A stretch of DNA of 64,000 nt from Octopus vulgaris (taxonomy: Eukaryota). The position numbers were made by a program, and so were the translations under genes. Positions within the stretch are counted from its first letter, which is position 1, and every line of letters starts with the position of its first letter. Below are positions 26,482 through 41,129 of this stretch, in pieces. The stretch lies in assembly GCA_951406725.2 (NCBI GenBank), contig OX597826.1:65100001-65164000 (forward strand), written 5' to 3'. A model generated the notes under the pieces. It ran no database searches and had not been told where the DNA came from. It saw nothing but the letters and a program-made list of their open reading frames with translations.

Positions 26482-27525
26482 TAGGGTCATCCCATAAATA
26501 ATGCAGGTTTTTTCAATTGCATGGACTAAAAGTCAGAGCGTGAGGGAATAAACTACCTGCATCAACTTGCTACAAAAGCAGGTAGTAATTTTACCTTGGC
26601 CTTATTCTTAGTGCAATTTTTGAAGAGTGCAATTCAATTTTAACAGTTATTTTTACAAAGGCATATTTTTCTTTATAAGTTCAACGAAGGCAACAATGCA
26701 ACAGAAAGTGTGAGGAATATTAATGCAGTATATGGAGATTCAACAATAAATGTAAGCTAGTGTCAGTTGTGGTTCAAGAAATTCCAAGCCGAAAACTACA
26801 GCCTAGAAGAAGATCCTTGTCCTGGAAGATCTGTAGAGCTCAACAAGGACATCCTGCAAAACCTAGTGGAACAAAATCCCATCGTAACTGTTGAGGAACT
26901 ACCAGAGAAGCTTGGATTTGGTCATTCAACCATTCATCAACACCTGCATATCATCAGAAAAGTCAGCAAGTTGGGTCAATTGGTTCCTGACAAACTTTCC
27001 AAGTCTAATCGCGCACAGAGAGTGAATGTGCTGCTCTTCTTTGCTGTCATGTCTCACAAATAAACCTTCTTTTGGACCAAATAGTGACTGGGCATGAGAA
27101 ATGTCAAGCGCCAAAGACAGTGGGTAGGGAAAGGAGAAACACCGGCACTCCAGGCTGAAGAAGGTCTTCACCTACATAGTCAGCACTTGAATAAAAACGA
27201 CCGTCTTTAGTTTCAAGACGAAAGGTGTTCTTTTATCAGAATAATGCTCGGCCACATTGCCCCATCTGTCTATCATTTATTCCACAGTCTTCAAAATCAT
27301 TTGGACAAAAAAATATGAATTCTGTACTAGAGAACAGTACTAGAGGAGTATTTTTCATCGTGGACAAGTGAATTTTGGAAGAGGGGCCTTGCATGTCTAC
27401 CAAGTAGATGGAAGAGCATTGTAGAAAATGAAGGGAAATATATTTTAGATTAAAAAGAATTTTGTTTATCTTAATTTTGAAAAATAAAAAAAAGTATTAA
27501 AAAAACGCATTATTTATGGGATGCC

Positions 27526-27530
<5 letters not shown>
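26482..27530 (+). mobile_element. Degenerate mariner transposon
   Basis: TIRs GGGTCATCCCATAAATAATGC / GCATTATTTATGGGATGCCCC set in TA repeats. Transposase remnant WFKKFQ...SLEEDPCPGRS...KLGQLVPDKL (WVPHEL-like motif). Confidence 0.9.
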
Positions 27531-27575
<45 letters not shown>

Positions 27576-28326
27576 GACTGGCTTCTTATAGTTTCCATCA
27601 ACCAAGTCCATTCACAAAGCTTTGGTCAACCTAGGGTTATAGTAAGAAGACATCCAAAGTGCCATGTATCAGGACAGAACCTGAAACCATGTAGTAGGGA
27701 AGCAAGCTTCTTACCACACAACCATACATACTCCAGCTGTCTCCCACTCTCTTTCTCTCTTTCCCTTGCTCTTCCCTTTAGCTAGGTAACCATGTATCCC
27801 CTCTACAGTAGCACACCTGTTTGTGCCGTCATTCCCTCCCTCCCTCCCTCTCTCTCTCTCTCACTCACTCTCTCTCCAGGTAACCACGTACCTCCTCTAC
27901 AGCAAGACACCTTCTCTGTCTCTCTGTCACACTCTAACCTTTCATCATCTGACACAAGATCACTTCCTCCAATGCCCCCTCCCCTCGCAAAAATTCTTTG
28001 TCTTGCAAGTTACTTGGTGACCCTGCCGGTACTGGTGTTGCATAAAAAGCATCCAGTCCACACTGTGAAGTGGTTGGCATTTGGAAGGACATCCAGCTGT
28101 AAAAATCATGCCAAAACTGACCTCACTTGTGCTGGTGCCACGTAAAAAGCACTCAGTCCACTCTGCAGGGTAGTTGGTACTAAAAAGAGCATTCAGCCAT
28201 AAAAACCATGCCAGAACAGACACAGAAGCCTGGTATAGTCTTCTATCTGATTCCTGTCAAATCGTCCAACCCATGCCAGCATGGAAGGTGGATATTAAAT
28301 GATGATGATGATGATGATATATATAT

Positions 28327-28378
<52 letters not shown>

Positions 28379-31300
28379 GAGAGAGAGAATTACTTAGTTA
28401 AATTTAACATTATTTGTATATGAAGTTGTTATGACCACCAGGAAAGTTAGTTTTAGAGATGGTCACTGAATATTTTATGTAACCAATGAACATCTCACAA
28501 AACCAGCTCCACTGGGGCAAAACTCACATTATTGATCATAATTGATTGTAGTATTATTACTGCATTAATCAAAGCACTCAATAACAGTCCTGATATTTTT
28601 TTCTACTTAGCACTCCATTGTGAAATACCTGAAAAGTGGGTGAATTTATTCAAATTTGAAAAATGAAAAACAAAAGTTGTAGAGGAAGAACAAAGCTACT
28701 AAAACCACAAAACACTGCAATAAGAATACTTTTTGTGTTAATTCAAAAGACATTGGAGAGAACTAAAATAAATGGGGAAAAAATTGTCAGACAATCCAAT
28801 AGGAATTAATATATAAATGATTTAATATCAAACAGTAAAATTAAATAATTGAAATCTACCAAAAAAAAATAGATAAATAAAAGGATACATATTAGAAAAA
28901 GAAATAATATTTTTGCTAAGAAAATGCTATACACAGAGGTCTGTGTAATATAATAAACCTAAACAGAACATTCCATAATTATTTCAAGCTTAGGCACAAG
29001 GCAGCAATTTAGAGGAAGGTTGCTCAGTTGGTACCATTAACCCTTGTATTTGACAGGTAAAATATAAAAGGTAAAACTGACTCCAGCAAGATTTGAACTC
29101 AGAACATAAAGAACCAGAAAAAATATCAGAAAGTATTTTGTCTGATGCTCTAATGGTTCTGCCAGCTCTTCTTCATAAGACATTCCATAATACTTTACAA
29201 AATGCTTTAGTACAGATTTTTTTTTCCTTTTAGTTAACTTATATTAATTTCAATAATTAAATTATTTCGCGAAAGCGAAATCGAAATCGAATTGAACCAG
29301 CCAGGATCCCTGGTCTGGTGGTACGTAAAAAGCACTATCCGACTCATGGCCGATGCCAGCACCGCCTCGACTGGCTTCCGTGCCGGTGGCACATAAAATA
29401 CACCAATCTGACCGTGGCCGTTGCCAGCCTCGCCTGGCACCTGTGCAGGTGGCACGTAAAAAGCACCCACTACACTCACGGAGTGGTTGGCATTAGGAAG
29501 GGCATCCAGCTGTAGAAACATTGCCAGATTAGACTGGAGCCTGGTGCAGCCTTCTGGCTCCCCAGAACCCCGGTCGAACCGTCCAACCCATGCTAGCATG
29601 GAGAACGGACGTTAAACGATGATGATGATGAAATTAAAACAGTTATATCAAAAATAAAAGTTTCAGTTTATGCAAAGATGTCAGCTTCAGTATTTAATTC
29701 TCACATTTTTCAATGTCTCCATTCTGTTGCTTTACTTCTATGTCTAATTCTACTATAGTTTCAAGAACTCTGTTGACCAGGTTACAATTGTGCAACAAAA
29801 ATCTTGACATCTCAAAAATTAAAAATGAATTTAAAGTGAATTTTACAGCTTTGTGTGTTATAAATGGCTAGAATGACTTTTTCATGATGTAACTGCTTCA
29901 GTTACAGCAGATCAAGTCACTCACTAGACAAGTTCAGTTTTACATTCTTTAATAATAATTAATTATTTTGAAATGTATAAATAATCATTAGGGAACAGTT
30001 TCATATTGTAGATGTTCATATAGTAATAATGTACAACATATACTAAAAACAGCACATAGGTTAATCATGTACATCCTATAGTTATAAAAGAAGATACTTC
30101 TCGCATTCAAATATGAGCTACACTTGAATATCTAGAGACAAATCAGAGATGGTGAAAAAGTAAATTACCTCATATTAAAGAAGCCAATTAATACATAGTA
30201 CATGGAATTTTGTATTTAAAATGAAACATGCAAAAATATTAGTTTCTTAAAAAAGGCAATTGAATAAATGAAAATCTTTACCCAAAGTGAATTCAACAAA
30301 TACCTTTTAGTGCAACTAAATAAATAATTCCATCTGCTTTTAACTGTAATCATCAAAGTTTTGCATTCTCCTTGATGTGGGCTTTAAAAAAAATATGGAC
30401 TGATTGAGAGGAAAGTTTTTGTTCCCACGTTTAGATGCGAAAACAAAAAAAGAAAGAAAGAGGAAAAGAGAAAATATTTGAAATGTGATGACAGATTTTT
30501 GACATCGTTTTGCACACATTACTTCCTGTTACTTATTTTTATTGTTTTATTAACAATCAAGGCAATGCAGATGGTGCATCTGTTGAGAGATGGGGCAGAT
30601 ATTTTATGATATGCAAAGTTCAGCCACCTTATAGTTCTGTGTTCAAATCATACCAATAGTGAAATTTTATCTGCCAAACATATGGAGTTTATTGAAATAA
30701 GTATCAGTTATATATTGTAATTTGGTAAATCAATTGGTTATCAAATTGGGTTGTGTTGAAAGAAACCCTCATTTCAGCAGCTGTGGTCCTGCAATTAAAT
30801 TTCAATGAACAAAGTTCAGTTTCCAGTTGGTTCTATGTCACTCTGGTTGTAACATTATAAAACATAGAAAAAGTATGAACATATTTGTGGGAATTTGGAG
30901 ATAAAGATTTCTTTTTCCTTTTCTTTTTTTTTTTTTGCCTTGCAATTTTAAAAACTACAGAAGGAAAATTGCTGATATAGTTTATAAATGCAAGACATGG
31001 AAAAAGTGAAAAAAAAGGCATTTTTACCTGAGACATTACTTATTCCTATTTTTCGGAGTTTTCCTTTGCAACCCCATGGTTTTGAATTTGGTCTCTTGAG
31101 CAAGAGCCTTCAACCTTAGTCTTAAGTCAACCAATATTTTGTGAATGAAATTTGGTCAGTGAACACTGTACAAAATCCCATCATATGTGTGAATGTGCAG
31201 GTATAGTTTGTGTAAGCAATTGTGAATCTTTGGTTATAAATATTCAAGAGCAATGCCAATTCTTTCAATTGGTAATCATTTTTCAGTTTCTTTAAGTGTT

Positions 31301-31444
31301 TTAACTACAAGAAATAAACCAATTGTAGGTTTTTTCCCTAAAAGACAAAGGCCATGTTTATTGTAGTTTAAACTTCTTTCAGTAACTCCTGATCACAAAA
31401 GGATTACTATGCAGTTGAAATTATTCCTCTAAACTCTATTAGTT

Positions 31445-31508
<64 letters not shown>

Positions 31509-32181
31509 GACAACAATTCTATCTCTATCCTTTCATCTGAATCCTCTTATTTCTATGTCAGATACAGATGAAAGGATTGCTGTGTATTAATTAGAGCATG
31601 ATGCTAGTTCTGTTATGAATGTTGATTTTTTGTTGGATTTATCTTATTTGCTGCTTATTTTTCCTTCTAATTACAGAGGACTCATTGAGTGTGATGTGCA
31701 ATGGCTCTAAAACTAAACAATTTGTCAAATGACCATACAGTCAATAGACAAATTGTTTAAAACTTGATTAAAACACCCAACTCTATTTAATTCAGTTTTC
31801 ATGACTAACTGTAACTGACCAGAATCAGGATCTTCTGTTTCATCACAGTTGAGTAAAGAAAGATATAAAAATCTGTCTTCAGCCTAGAAGCTCCTGAGGT
31901 GAGACTTTATCAAGGTTTCCAAGGTGTTTAAGTAGCTGAGAATACAAGACTTCACTTGAATGGAACATCTATTCTCCAAAGAGATTATCTCCAGCTGTTG
32001 TGGGTAATCATTTTCAGCTGCATGGAATAGAGCAATGTGAAATGAAGTGCTTTTCTCATGACACAGTACATCACCAGGTATGAGAATTGAACCCATGAAT
32101 CTACAATTGCAAGCTCAACCCCCTAGCCACCAGGCTATGTACCTTCACAAAGAATGATATAGGATACACATGCACACACGC

Positions 32182-32233
<52 letters not shown>

Positions 32234-32253
32234 ACATGCACACACACACACAA

Positions 32254-32294
<41 letters not shown>

Positions 32295-33714
32295 TCTAAT
32301 GAGTCCAAAGACTACGTCATGCTCCAGTGTCTCCTTTGACACAGTTTCTACAGTTTGATGCCCTTCCTAACACCAATTACTTTAGAGCAAGAAGTGAGTG
32401 TGTTTTATTATTTTATAATCACCAGCTCTAGTGAGGTTCAATGCAACTTTCAAGACTATAAACCCAATGGGAAGATGGTTTTTATTCTAAGAAATGAGGG
32501 GTTAAAAGTATGGGAGAGGGGGTCAGAGCAGAACAGATTTCTTACTATTGAGGAACTGTATGACTACTGACATTTTAGAAGAGATATGTGTGTACGAGTG
32601 CTCATGTTTTCTTATCTGGACATAAACTGATATATATACATATGTAGTGAATCTTGCATGCATGAAGTGGATTCGATCCACCATAGCCAAATTTGAATTA
32701 ACACTGCAACAGAACTGTTCCCCTGGTTGGAACAAAGGTTTTTCTCTGACAGCAGTTTTACACTTTCCAGATGCCTTTAGCTAGGCCAAAATAATGTTTT
32801 CACTACTTGACCCTTTCTAACCTTTTCTATTTCACCAAAAGCTAGCATAGAGATAACAAGACCACCAACTAAATCTATTGCTCTCAATGATATATCTATC
32901 CTTCTGGATCTTTATATAAGCAAGCACACCCCAAGCAAAAATCAGTTCGCACAGTCGTGACGACTCAATGAGGTCTGGCTGACCAACCTTGGTCAGAGGG
33001 AGAAATGAAGCTTACTGTCAGACAACACCCAACACTTCTTTCTAGCTCTAAAATCTCTTCTCTTACAACATCATTCTATCTGTCATGGCAACTACTACTA
33101 AACAATGAAGAGGATACAAAAACAAACTTTACTTCGCATCCTTTTGGATTTATCATAACCTGCCCGTCAAGGCATGGTATTGTAACGTAATGGTAAATAA
33201 ATACTTTCTTAAAACATCATGCATTGTTCATCTTTCACATCCTACAGCATGCAATTATAACAACAAATCTTTACCGTCACACCTGCTGACTCCAACAGCA
33301 ATTCATAATAACGTTTACCAATCAATTTCTCCCGTTACAATTGGTAACCTAACTACACTTATTAAAAATTAAACCATTACACATATATCACTATAATGTT
33401 TTAACGTCCACTATCCATGATTGTATGAAGAAGATTTTCTATGGCCAGATCTCCTTCCTCTCACCAACCATCACTTGTTTCCAAGCAAGGATATATTTTC
33501 CCATGAAATGGCATGGTTTCATGGAAGATTGGAAATCGATGACACCACTTGTATGACAGTGACATTTGCTTACAGCTATCACGCCATATCAAGATAAGGA
33601 GGCACAAACACACACATAGACATATACACACATACATACATATACAAGAAGCATCTTTCAGATTCTGCCTACCAAATCGACTCACAGAGCTTTGGTTGGT
33701 CCAGGGCTATAATA

Positions 33715-34830
33715 CAGTCCCATGCAAAAGTCTTCAGTCACTTTAAACTATTGTAAATTTCTACTAATTGCCAACTTATAAGTGAATGTTTTACATTGCA
33801 CTTTTTGCAGATGAAACACTGGCCCTGTTAGAGTTATTTTCATACCTAATTATTATATTTTGAATGAGAGGGGAAGATGCGAGACAACCACCAAAAATGG
33901 CCATGCAAAAGTTTTCAGCCGCTTCACATAAACCAATCAAGATACAATGTTTTAAAACAGAAAAATGTCTATGATGAAAATTTATTACATAATGTTCATT
34001 TCAAGAAGTTCTAATAAGTAAGAATTTGTCAGAAGGCCTTCAGGAAAGCAAAACGACCTACATTACATGATGAAAATGGTGAAATTTGGAAGTAAGAGTC
34101 TGATGTTTTGGGAATACATAAAAAGTGATGGTTCAAGAAAGTTGGTTAAAATTGATGGTAACTTGAATAGTGCCAAGTACATCCAGCTGCTGAAGGACAA
34201 TTTGATACCAGACTTGGATGAAGGTGAGATTTTTCAACATGACGGAGCTCCATGCCACAGATTGCATGCAACACAACAGAGTCCGGCTGATGAAGGTGTT
34301 ATTGCATTGAAATATTGGACAGCTGAGAGCCCTGACTTAACTATCATCGCACAAATGTGAATTGAACTAAAGAGAAGAGTTCGTCAGAAGAATCCACGCA
34401 ATCTTGAAGAGTTGTGGGAACTCAACCAAAGAGAATGTCATCCCATATTTGTGAAAATGGTGAAGGATTTGTACATGTCTCTTTTTAAGTCCATTGAAGC
34501 AATTATTCAAGCTAAAGGAAGCCACACAAAATATTAACAATGTATAGTAACTTCTTGAAATGAACTTTATGTAATAGATTTTTGTTATAGATATTTTTCT
34601 GTTTTAAAACACTGTATCTTGATTGGTTTATGTGAGGTGGCCGAAAACTTTTGCATGGTCATTTTTTGTGGTCATCTCACATTTTCCCCTTTCATTCAGA
34701 ACCCCTACTACAAAATATAATGATTAGGTATGGAAATGACTCCAACAGGACCAATGTTTCATCTGTAAAAAATGCAATGTCAAACATCCACTTATAAGTT
34801 GGCAATTAGTAGAAATTTACAATAGCTTAA
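33715..34830 (+). mobile_element. Internally deleted Tc1-like transposon with ~300-bp IR/DR-type inverted repeats
   Basis: Starts TA-CAGTCC. 33745-34010 is reverse-complementary to 34550-34830, and the direct repeat CCATGCAAAAGT occurs twice in the left arm. The ORF contains the Tc1 DDE segment IFQHDGAPCH...WTAESPDLTII. Confidence 0.9.
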
Positions 34831-35406
34831 CCCTTTTGTTACCAATCCGGCTGAAACCAGCTCTGATTCTGAGTACAAATGTCTTGTTTTCATAAGTTTT
34901 GAATTAAAATCTCCCACCAAACCTTAGTCACAATTTATGTTCCTAACACTAGCTGAATGATAACTAAGTTATTTTACTAAATCCTTTGTTATATTTAAAG
35001 TAATTGAAAGAAACACACAGCATCTCAAAATAAATACAGTAACAGATCGAGAAGTAAGCTTTTTAACGTAGTTTTATCTACCTATCTACTTATCTATCTA
35101 TCAATCTGTCTGTCTGTCTGTCTTCCTACCTGTATGTATATACACTTATATCAATGTAAGCACATGAAACAGCATTCAATTAAAATAATGATTTATATAT
35201 CTGTTCAGAATTCTATATTGCACATACAAACATGGAAGAGTGATACACTCACACACACACCCTATCTCACGCACTCAAACACACACACACACACACACAC
35301 AAGCATTCTACAGCCACTAACTGTATGTCGGTAATACACACATACTTATAAATGTTTATACATACAAACATACATAAATACATTTAGCAGCTTTACAATG
35401 CTTATT

Positions 35407-35437
<31 letters not shown>

Positions 35438-35681
35438 ATGCCACTAGAAAATTGACAGGCAAGATCATTTAGCTGACCTTTTCCCCTTGAAGAGTGCTGA
35501 CAACACACAATACTCAGTAGTTCTTGCCATAGACTTTTATTTGATGGTGTCATTCTGTGAGATGTTTATCCTATTCACATTCATAAACTGTCATTGTAAA
35601 TGTTTTACTTGATCACCTTTACCAGATGCTAAAGTTTTTGCCTCTTTTCCAAATTCAGTTTTTTAAAGCTTTTTAAACAAT

Positions 35682-36090
35682 TACTCTTTTACTCTTTTAG
35701 TTGTTTCAGTCATTTGACTGCGGCCATGCAGGAGCACCGCCTTTAGTCGAGCAAATCAACCCCAGGACTTATTCTTTGTAAGCCCAGTACTTATTCTATC
35801 GGTCTCTTTTGCCGAACCGCTAAGTGACGGGGACATAAACACACCAGCATCGGTTGTCAAGCAATGCTAGGGGGACAAACACAGACACACAAACACACAC
35901 ACATACACATATATATACATATATACGACAGGCTTCTTTCAGTTTCCGTCTACCAAATCCACTCACAAGGCATTGGTCGGCCCGGGGCTATAGCAGAAGA
36001 CACTTTCCCAAGATGCCACGCAGTGGGACTGAACCCGGAACCATGTGGTTGGTTAGCAAGCTACTTACCACACAGCCACTCCTGTGCCTA
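35682..36090 (-). mobile_element. Well-preserved CORE-type SINE (family B)
   Basis: Minus-strand head AGGCACAGGAGTGGCTGTGTGGTAAG...CCGGGTTCAGTCCC has A/B-box-like motifs; many CpGs are retained. Confidence 0.85.
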
Positions 36091-36426
36091 TTAACAACCA
36101 TTTTTGATTTTTTTTCCATTTTATCCCTCTTTCAGACTCAATATTATGAGAGATATTCTCAAATGTTACTGATAAAGAATGACCAATGGAAAGCATAAAC
36201 ATTATTGCATTAACAGAAAGAAGATTTTTCTGTATGAGGTTTTGAAAGAGGGACTGTGCGTTTGATAGGGATCTTGCCGGTTACATTTTAGGGCAGTTCA
36301 TCTGTTACTAGCTCCTGCCTGGTACCTAGTTCTCATCAATATCTCCACAATATGTCTACTTGCAGTAACCCATCATCTCTGAAACAACATCATTGACCAG
36401 CAGTCTAAATTAGATTGGTGGCAGAC

Positions 36427-36453
36427 ATCACCACCACCACCACCACCACCACC

Positions 36454-36517
<64 letters not shown>

Positions 36518-36553
36518 CCACCACCACCACAACCATTGTTATCATCATCATCA
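36427..36553. repeat. Compound trinucleotide microsatellite (ACC)n(ATC)n(ACC)n
   Basis: Directly visible; explains the poly-Thr/poly-Ile ORF. Confidence 0.95.
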
Positions 36554-37019
36554 TAAGCAGCTGCATTTTAATATCTACTTTTCTGTCCTTGCATGGATTG
36601 GACAGAGTTTGTTGAGGGTGGATTTTCTAGAGTAGGATGCTCTTTTTGTCACCAACCTTCACTTGTTTCCAAATAAGGTAATATTTCCCTATGACCAGAC
36701 ATGAAAGATTGGAAATGAAGAGCATTGCTTACACGACACTCATCTATAGTGACACTCATTTACAACTATTACATGAAGTGAAGGCAAGGAAATAACAACA
36801 CACTCATGCACATATACAAGGTGCAGCAAATACATTGTTATCTAAATTACGCAAAAATGAAAATAACACTGGCATCTCATTTTAACAGATATATTTACCA
36901 AAATTACATAAAAGTATCTTAAAATACTAAAGAGTAAATTTATTCAATAAAATCGCCTTTGGCTTCAATCATGACCTCCAAATGACTTTGGAATCTCCTG
37001 CAACTCATCTGTTTGTGTG

Positions 37020-39160
37020 AGTGTTAAGGAAAGGAATAGCTTTGTGAAATGCATGTGGATCTGTTCTACATTTGCTGATACACAAAGCATTCTCTTATTT
37101 TTTTATTTTATTTTTTTATTTATTTTGCATTCTAGTATGTATGAAAGAACTTTTAATACTGAGCCTTGGTTTTAGTACTCATGTGATTCGACACAAAGAA
37201 ATTCACAACCAACTGACAGGCACTAATGATAGACATCATGATGGTGTACTTCTCTTTTGGATGATGGCTATGGGGTTGGTATTGAGATGTACAAAAAACT
37301 ATTTTCCTGGAATGAAAATCAGAAGACATCAGGTGCTGTGACAAATGTGAGCTTTTATGGATGACATCACTGCCATAATAAAAACAAGGATAGAAAGAAA
37401 CACTATCCTAATTAATTTGGATGGGCAATTGTGGCAATGTCAACTAAAAATGATGTCACAGTCTGTCCATAGCATGAGTACTACTTAAGAATTATTTTGA
37501 AACTGGAAGCAGTTCCCAGGATCAGGAAGCAGGAAACTGAGAGCCTTAGTCATCTGTACAGAAGTACCTTTAAATAATGTTAAGTAGGGTGGAAATACTG
37601 AGATTGGGTTCAAGATATTTTCACATCCTGGCTATTGACAATTTCCATTTAGCAAAGAAGTTTAAAGTGTTGTGTTATTAACATAACCTTTTGCTGAGGC
37701 TCTTGTGACCACTCTAAATGTATGAAGTACTTAACAAAAGTGGAGTTTATGGAAACATGTATTAGCAAGTTACAATGGGAGTGGCTTGGTCTTCTACCAA
37801 TTGTTCACAAGGATTGGGCTATATACTATTACCGCAAAACTCTACCTGCCTCTTGAAGTACTCATGAAGAAGTTTAAAGTAGCAAAAGCCTTTTGTCATG
37901 CAATATGATGGTGTTCTGTGAAATCTGTTGTGTGTGTGACTAGGCTAGTAATATTAACAGGAATAAAATGGATTTAAAAAAGCGATATGGAGGTGACAGA
38001 GCACAACTGGAAATAAGTTGATTACTGTTGTTCGGAATGCATAGGCTGGACTAGTGGGAGGCTAGACAAAGGTTAGACTGATGTGGATACCAAACAATTA
38101 GATATCCTGCCAGAATAGCAAAGGTAAAGAAACAGTGTACACACATTCATTTTACATAGATTTTTCCATGCTAGTAATAACAATACATGTTATTGAGGTA
38201 TTGTTTTAAAACTGGATACTCATCTTGTCATTAATAATTACCTGTTTTTCCAGTAAGAGCTTTTTTATTCTACATGTCTTCAAAAGCACAGATTTCACCA
38301 GTTTACAGAGAACAACAACTTTGAAAATTTGTAGCTCAATATCTTTTCATGTGAAACCTAGAATGTAAATATTCACGCACGCACGCACACTTGCATGCAT
38401 GCAAATATGCACAGACACATGCACACAAATGTTGTGACCACTGGAATTCACCAAACTAAAGCAATAGATTTGGACAACAAGAAATAAAACTAAAGCAAAA
38501 TAAACTATCACTGTGCCTGTAGCCAGTCATGTTGTGAATCCTCTCAAAAGTGATATCATTGCTTCCATCCTTGGTCAATATTAAACAATGAACTTGGAGT
38601 GACACATCTTTGGTGTGAAGGTCCTGCATCAGTGGAGAATATTTTGATGTTTGGTAGCATAACCAAGCCATGAAAATCCTTGTTGATACATTAAATCATT
38701 AAAGCAGCAGCATTGCTGCAATGGGAATCATCACAAAGTTGCGCCTTATTGTTTTCCGTGAAGTGGTTGACAAGATGGAAAGTAGGAGCATGAATAAAAA
38801 GAAACTAAAATCTAGACTTGACACTAATGACTGGAAGGTGGAGGTAGAGTTGAAAGAAGCATTCATGTCCTCAAGCTATGTTGCAATGACAGAGCAACAA
38901 CCTGGCCATACAGCATAGTTTGAGTTAGTCAAAAAATGTTCAGATTATTCAGTTAACAGGACCTTATAAAGGCATTATAGAGTGAGCATGTGGAAAGAAG
39001 GGGTCAAAATATGTAGAACATATAGAGTCATATGACATACTAAGATGGCAGTATATGGTGTTCCCAGTAGAGGTGAGATATCAGGGTTTGTTACTGAATC
39101 TACATTGTCCTACTTGGCTGTCATTGGATTTAGGAGGAATTAGCAGAGCAGTGATCCAAA
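37020..39160 (+). mobile_element. Highly decayed non-LTR retrotransposon of the restriction-like-endonuclease type (HERO-like)
   Basis: GCTTTTATGGATGACATCACT (AFMDDIT) at about 37351. TGGCAGTATATGGTGTTCCCAGTAGAGGTGAGATATCAGGGTTT at about 39046 reads W...FPVEVRYQGF, matching the C-terminal FPVEVGxRGF motif. Interrupted by other repeats at about 38140-38450. Confidence 0.55.
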
Positions 39161-39177
39161 AACAAAGAGAAATTTAA

Positions 39178-39398
39178 TCCTTTAGCATTTAAACCGGCCA
39201 TATCTGGCCAAAAGTATTCTGCCTGTTTTATGTTCAAAATGGCCAGATCTGGTCTCTCACACCAACCCTACAATATCGTTTTAAAAATTAACAGCTACCT
39301 CATCAAAATCTCAAAGCTACAAAATAATGCCTGATTAGTTCAAGGCAATGTGGATGAAAAAGCATTAATTTTGGTAGAATAATGTGAACACTAAAGGG
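39178..39398. mobile_element. piggyBac-like (TTAA) MITE, second subfamily
   Basis: TTAA-(T/C)CCTTTAG...CTAAAGGG-TTAA; a sister copy is at 52394-52615. Confidence 0.8.
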
Positions 39399-41129
39399 TT
39401 AAAGAATGCCTGATCATGAATAGAACAGAGACCAGTGAAAGAAAGACCAAATCCTCAGCATCAGTGTTGCAAGGTGTTGAAACTATATTGAGCTACAGTT
39501 AACAACTGATGAAGACAATGTCCCACAGGGCTAACTATACATAAAATATATAAATAATTTCTTTGTGTTTATGTTATTCATATATGTTTTATACATGTGC
39601 AGTATCAGTATCAAGACTGTTGCTATGGTAGTGGAGCTAAAGTATGCAGAGTGAAGCTGCTTGGCACAGATTGACCTTGAACTCTGTTGCATATACCCTC
39701 TAAGTTATAGTGTTCTCACTCATATCCATTGTTTATAACCGTACTTGGAAGTAAAGTGTGTAGTGTGTAGTTATCTCAAAAAGAAGATAGGTACATGTGT
39801 CTGTGAAACACTTAGCCACTTACATGCTAATTCAAAGAACAGATAATTCAGTAGATCAAACACCTGATCCTCATCGATGAAATAGACAGAAATCCATCCA
39901 TGTTATATATTTTTATCTTGTATTTTTGTGTATTACCATGTGTCTTATATCAGCATCACTTGAACTGGTCTGCTTCCCAAAAGACAGGGATATTTTTTGC
40001 TTTATGTTACTAATCAAAACTTAGATGTTTGTTACATTGACCATCATATCCTTCATTACTTGCTACTCTTCTAGGTTTCAAATATTTTCTGCAAATAAAT
40101 ATGGTCAGCTTTATTTATATTTGTTCAATGCTCTAACAGTTCCACCATCCACCAATCTGAGTTTTTATTTTTCCTTCACACTTTTGGAACCATCCCTTCT
40201 TATTTGAAGTGGCTGTTATTGATAAACACTCTTTTTAACATTAGCCACTAAACTTAAAATTAGGAACATTATTGCATGCACTTGAAACAGCTTTATGTTA
40301 AAACACTCGTGCATATAACATTTACAATGGGTATGCAAAAGTAGAGCAACACTGGCTTTAATATTTTAACTCAGAGAATCATTTCAAATAGCCTCATGTG
40401 CTAAAAACAGTGAGAATGCAAAGTATTGTACTTTGGACATTATTCTACTTTGCAGTCTCATTGTGTTGAGCCATGAAGACAATGGCATTGGACATCTTTG
40501 AACTCATAACCTTTTTTTTATAATAATTCAGTACATTAACCAGTTTTCATAAGTAACGGTTATACTTTGTTATGTTCGCAAGCTTGTAATAAGATTTTCT
40601 TATATTTAGTTCTAGTAAAATTAAATCTATAAAATTATATCATCATCATCATCCTTTCCACTTCTGCTCTTGCTACATAAACCTGTCTCCTAGCTTCCCT
40701 TTTATATATATATATGTATGTATATCTGATATGGTTCTTTGCTACCACCATTTTACCTGTTTCCAAATTCATCTCTTCTCTTTTGTCACTCTGCCTACCT
40801 CACTGTTCCACCAACATGTCACCCTTGGTCTGGCAGAAGCTTAACAAATATTAACAACTATAGAATATAAGAAATTATATAGATATCAATCTCTTTATTT
40901 AATTTGCATAAAAAATAATAGTTATTCTGTGAGTAAATACTAAGAACATTTATTCTCTCAGTTCCTCATCCACAAACACTTAATGAAGAAAATGAAAAAA
41001 AAAAGCATGTTCTATGAATTTCCTCTAGATTATAACTGTTTCCATCTTTAATGAAATGTCTCATTTCATAAAATGTCTAAGATTATGTCTTATGGAGTGT
41101 CATTTTATTTCTTTTAGCAATAATTTTTA

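Noticed and set aside
36020-36090. tRNA genes at A/B-box-like motifs
   Set aside because: These are SINE heads attached to SINE bodies; no complete cloverleaf.
39500-39545. CTGATGA hammerhead core
   Set aside because: No downstream stem II plus GAAA arrangement.
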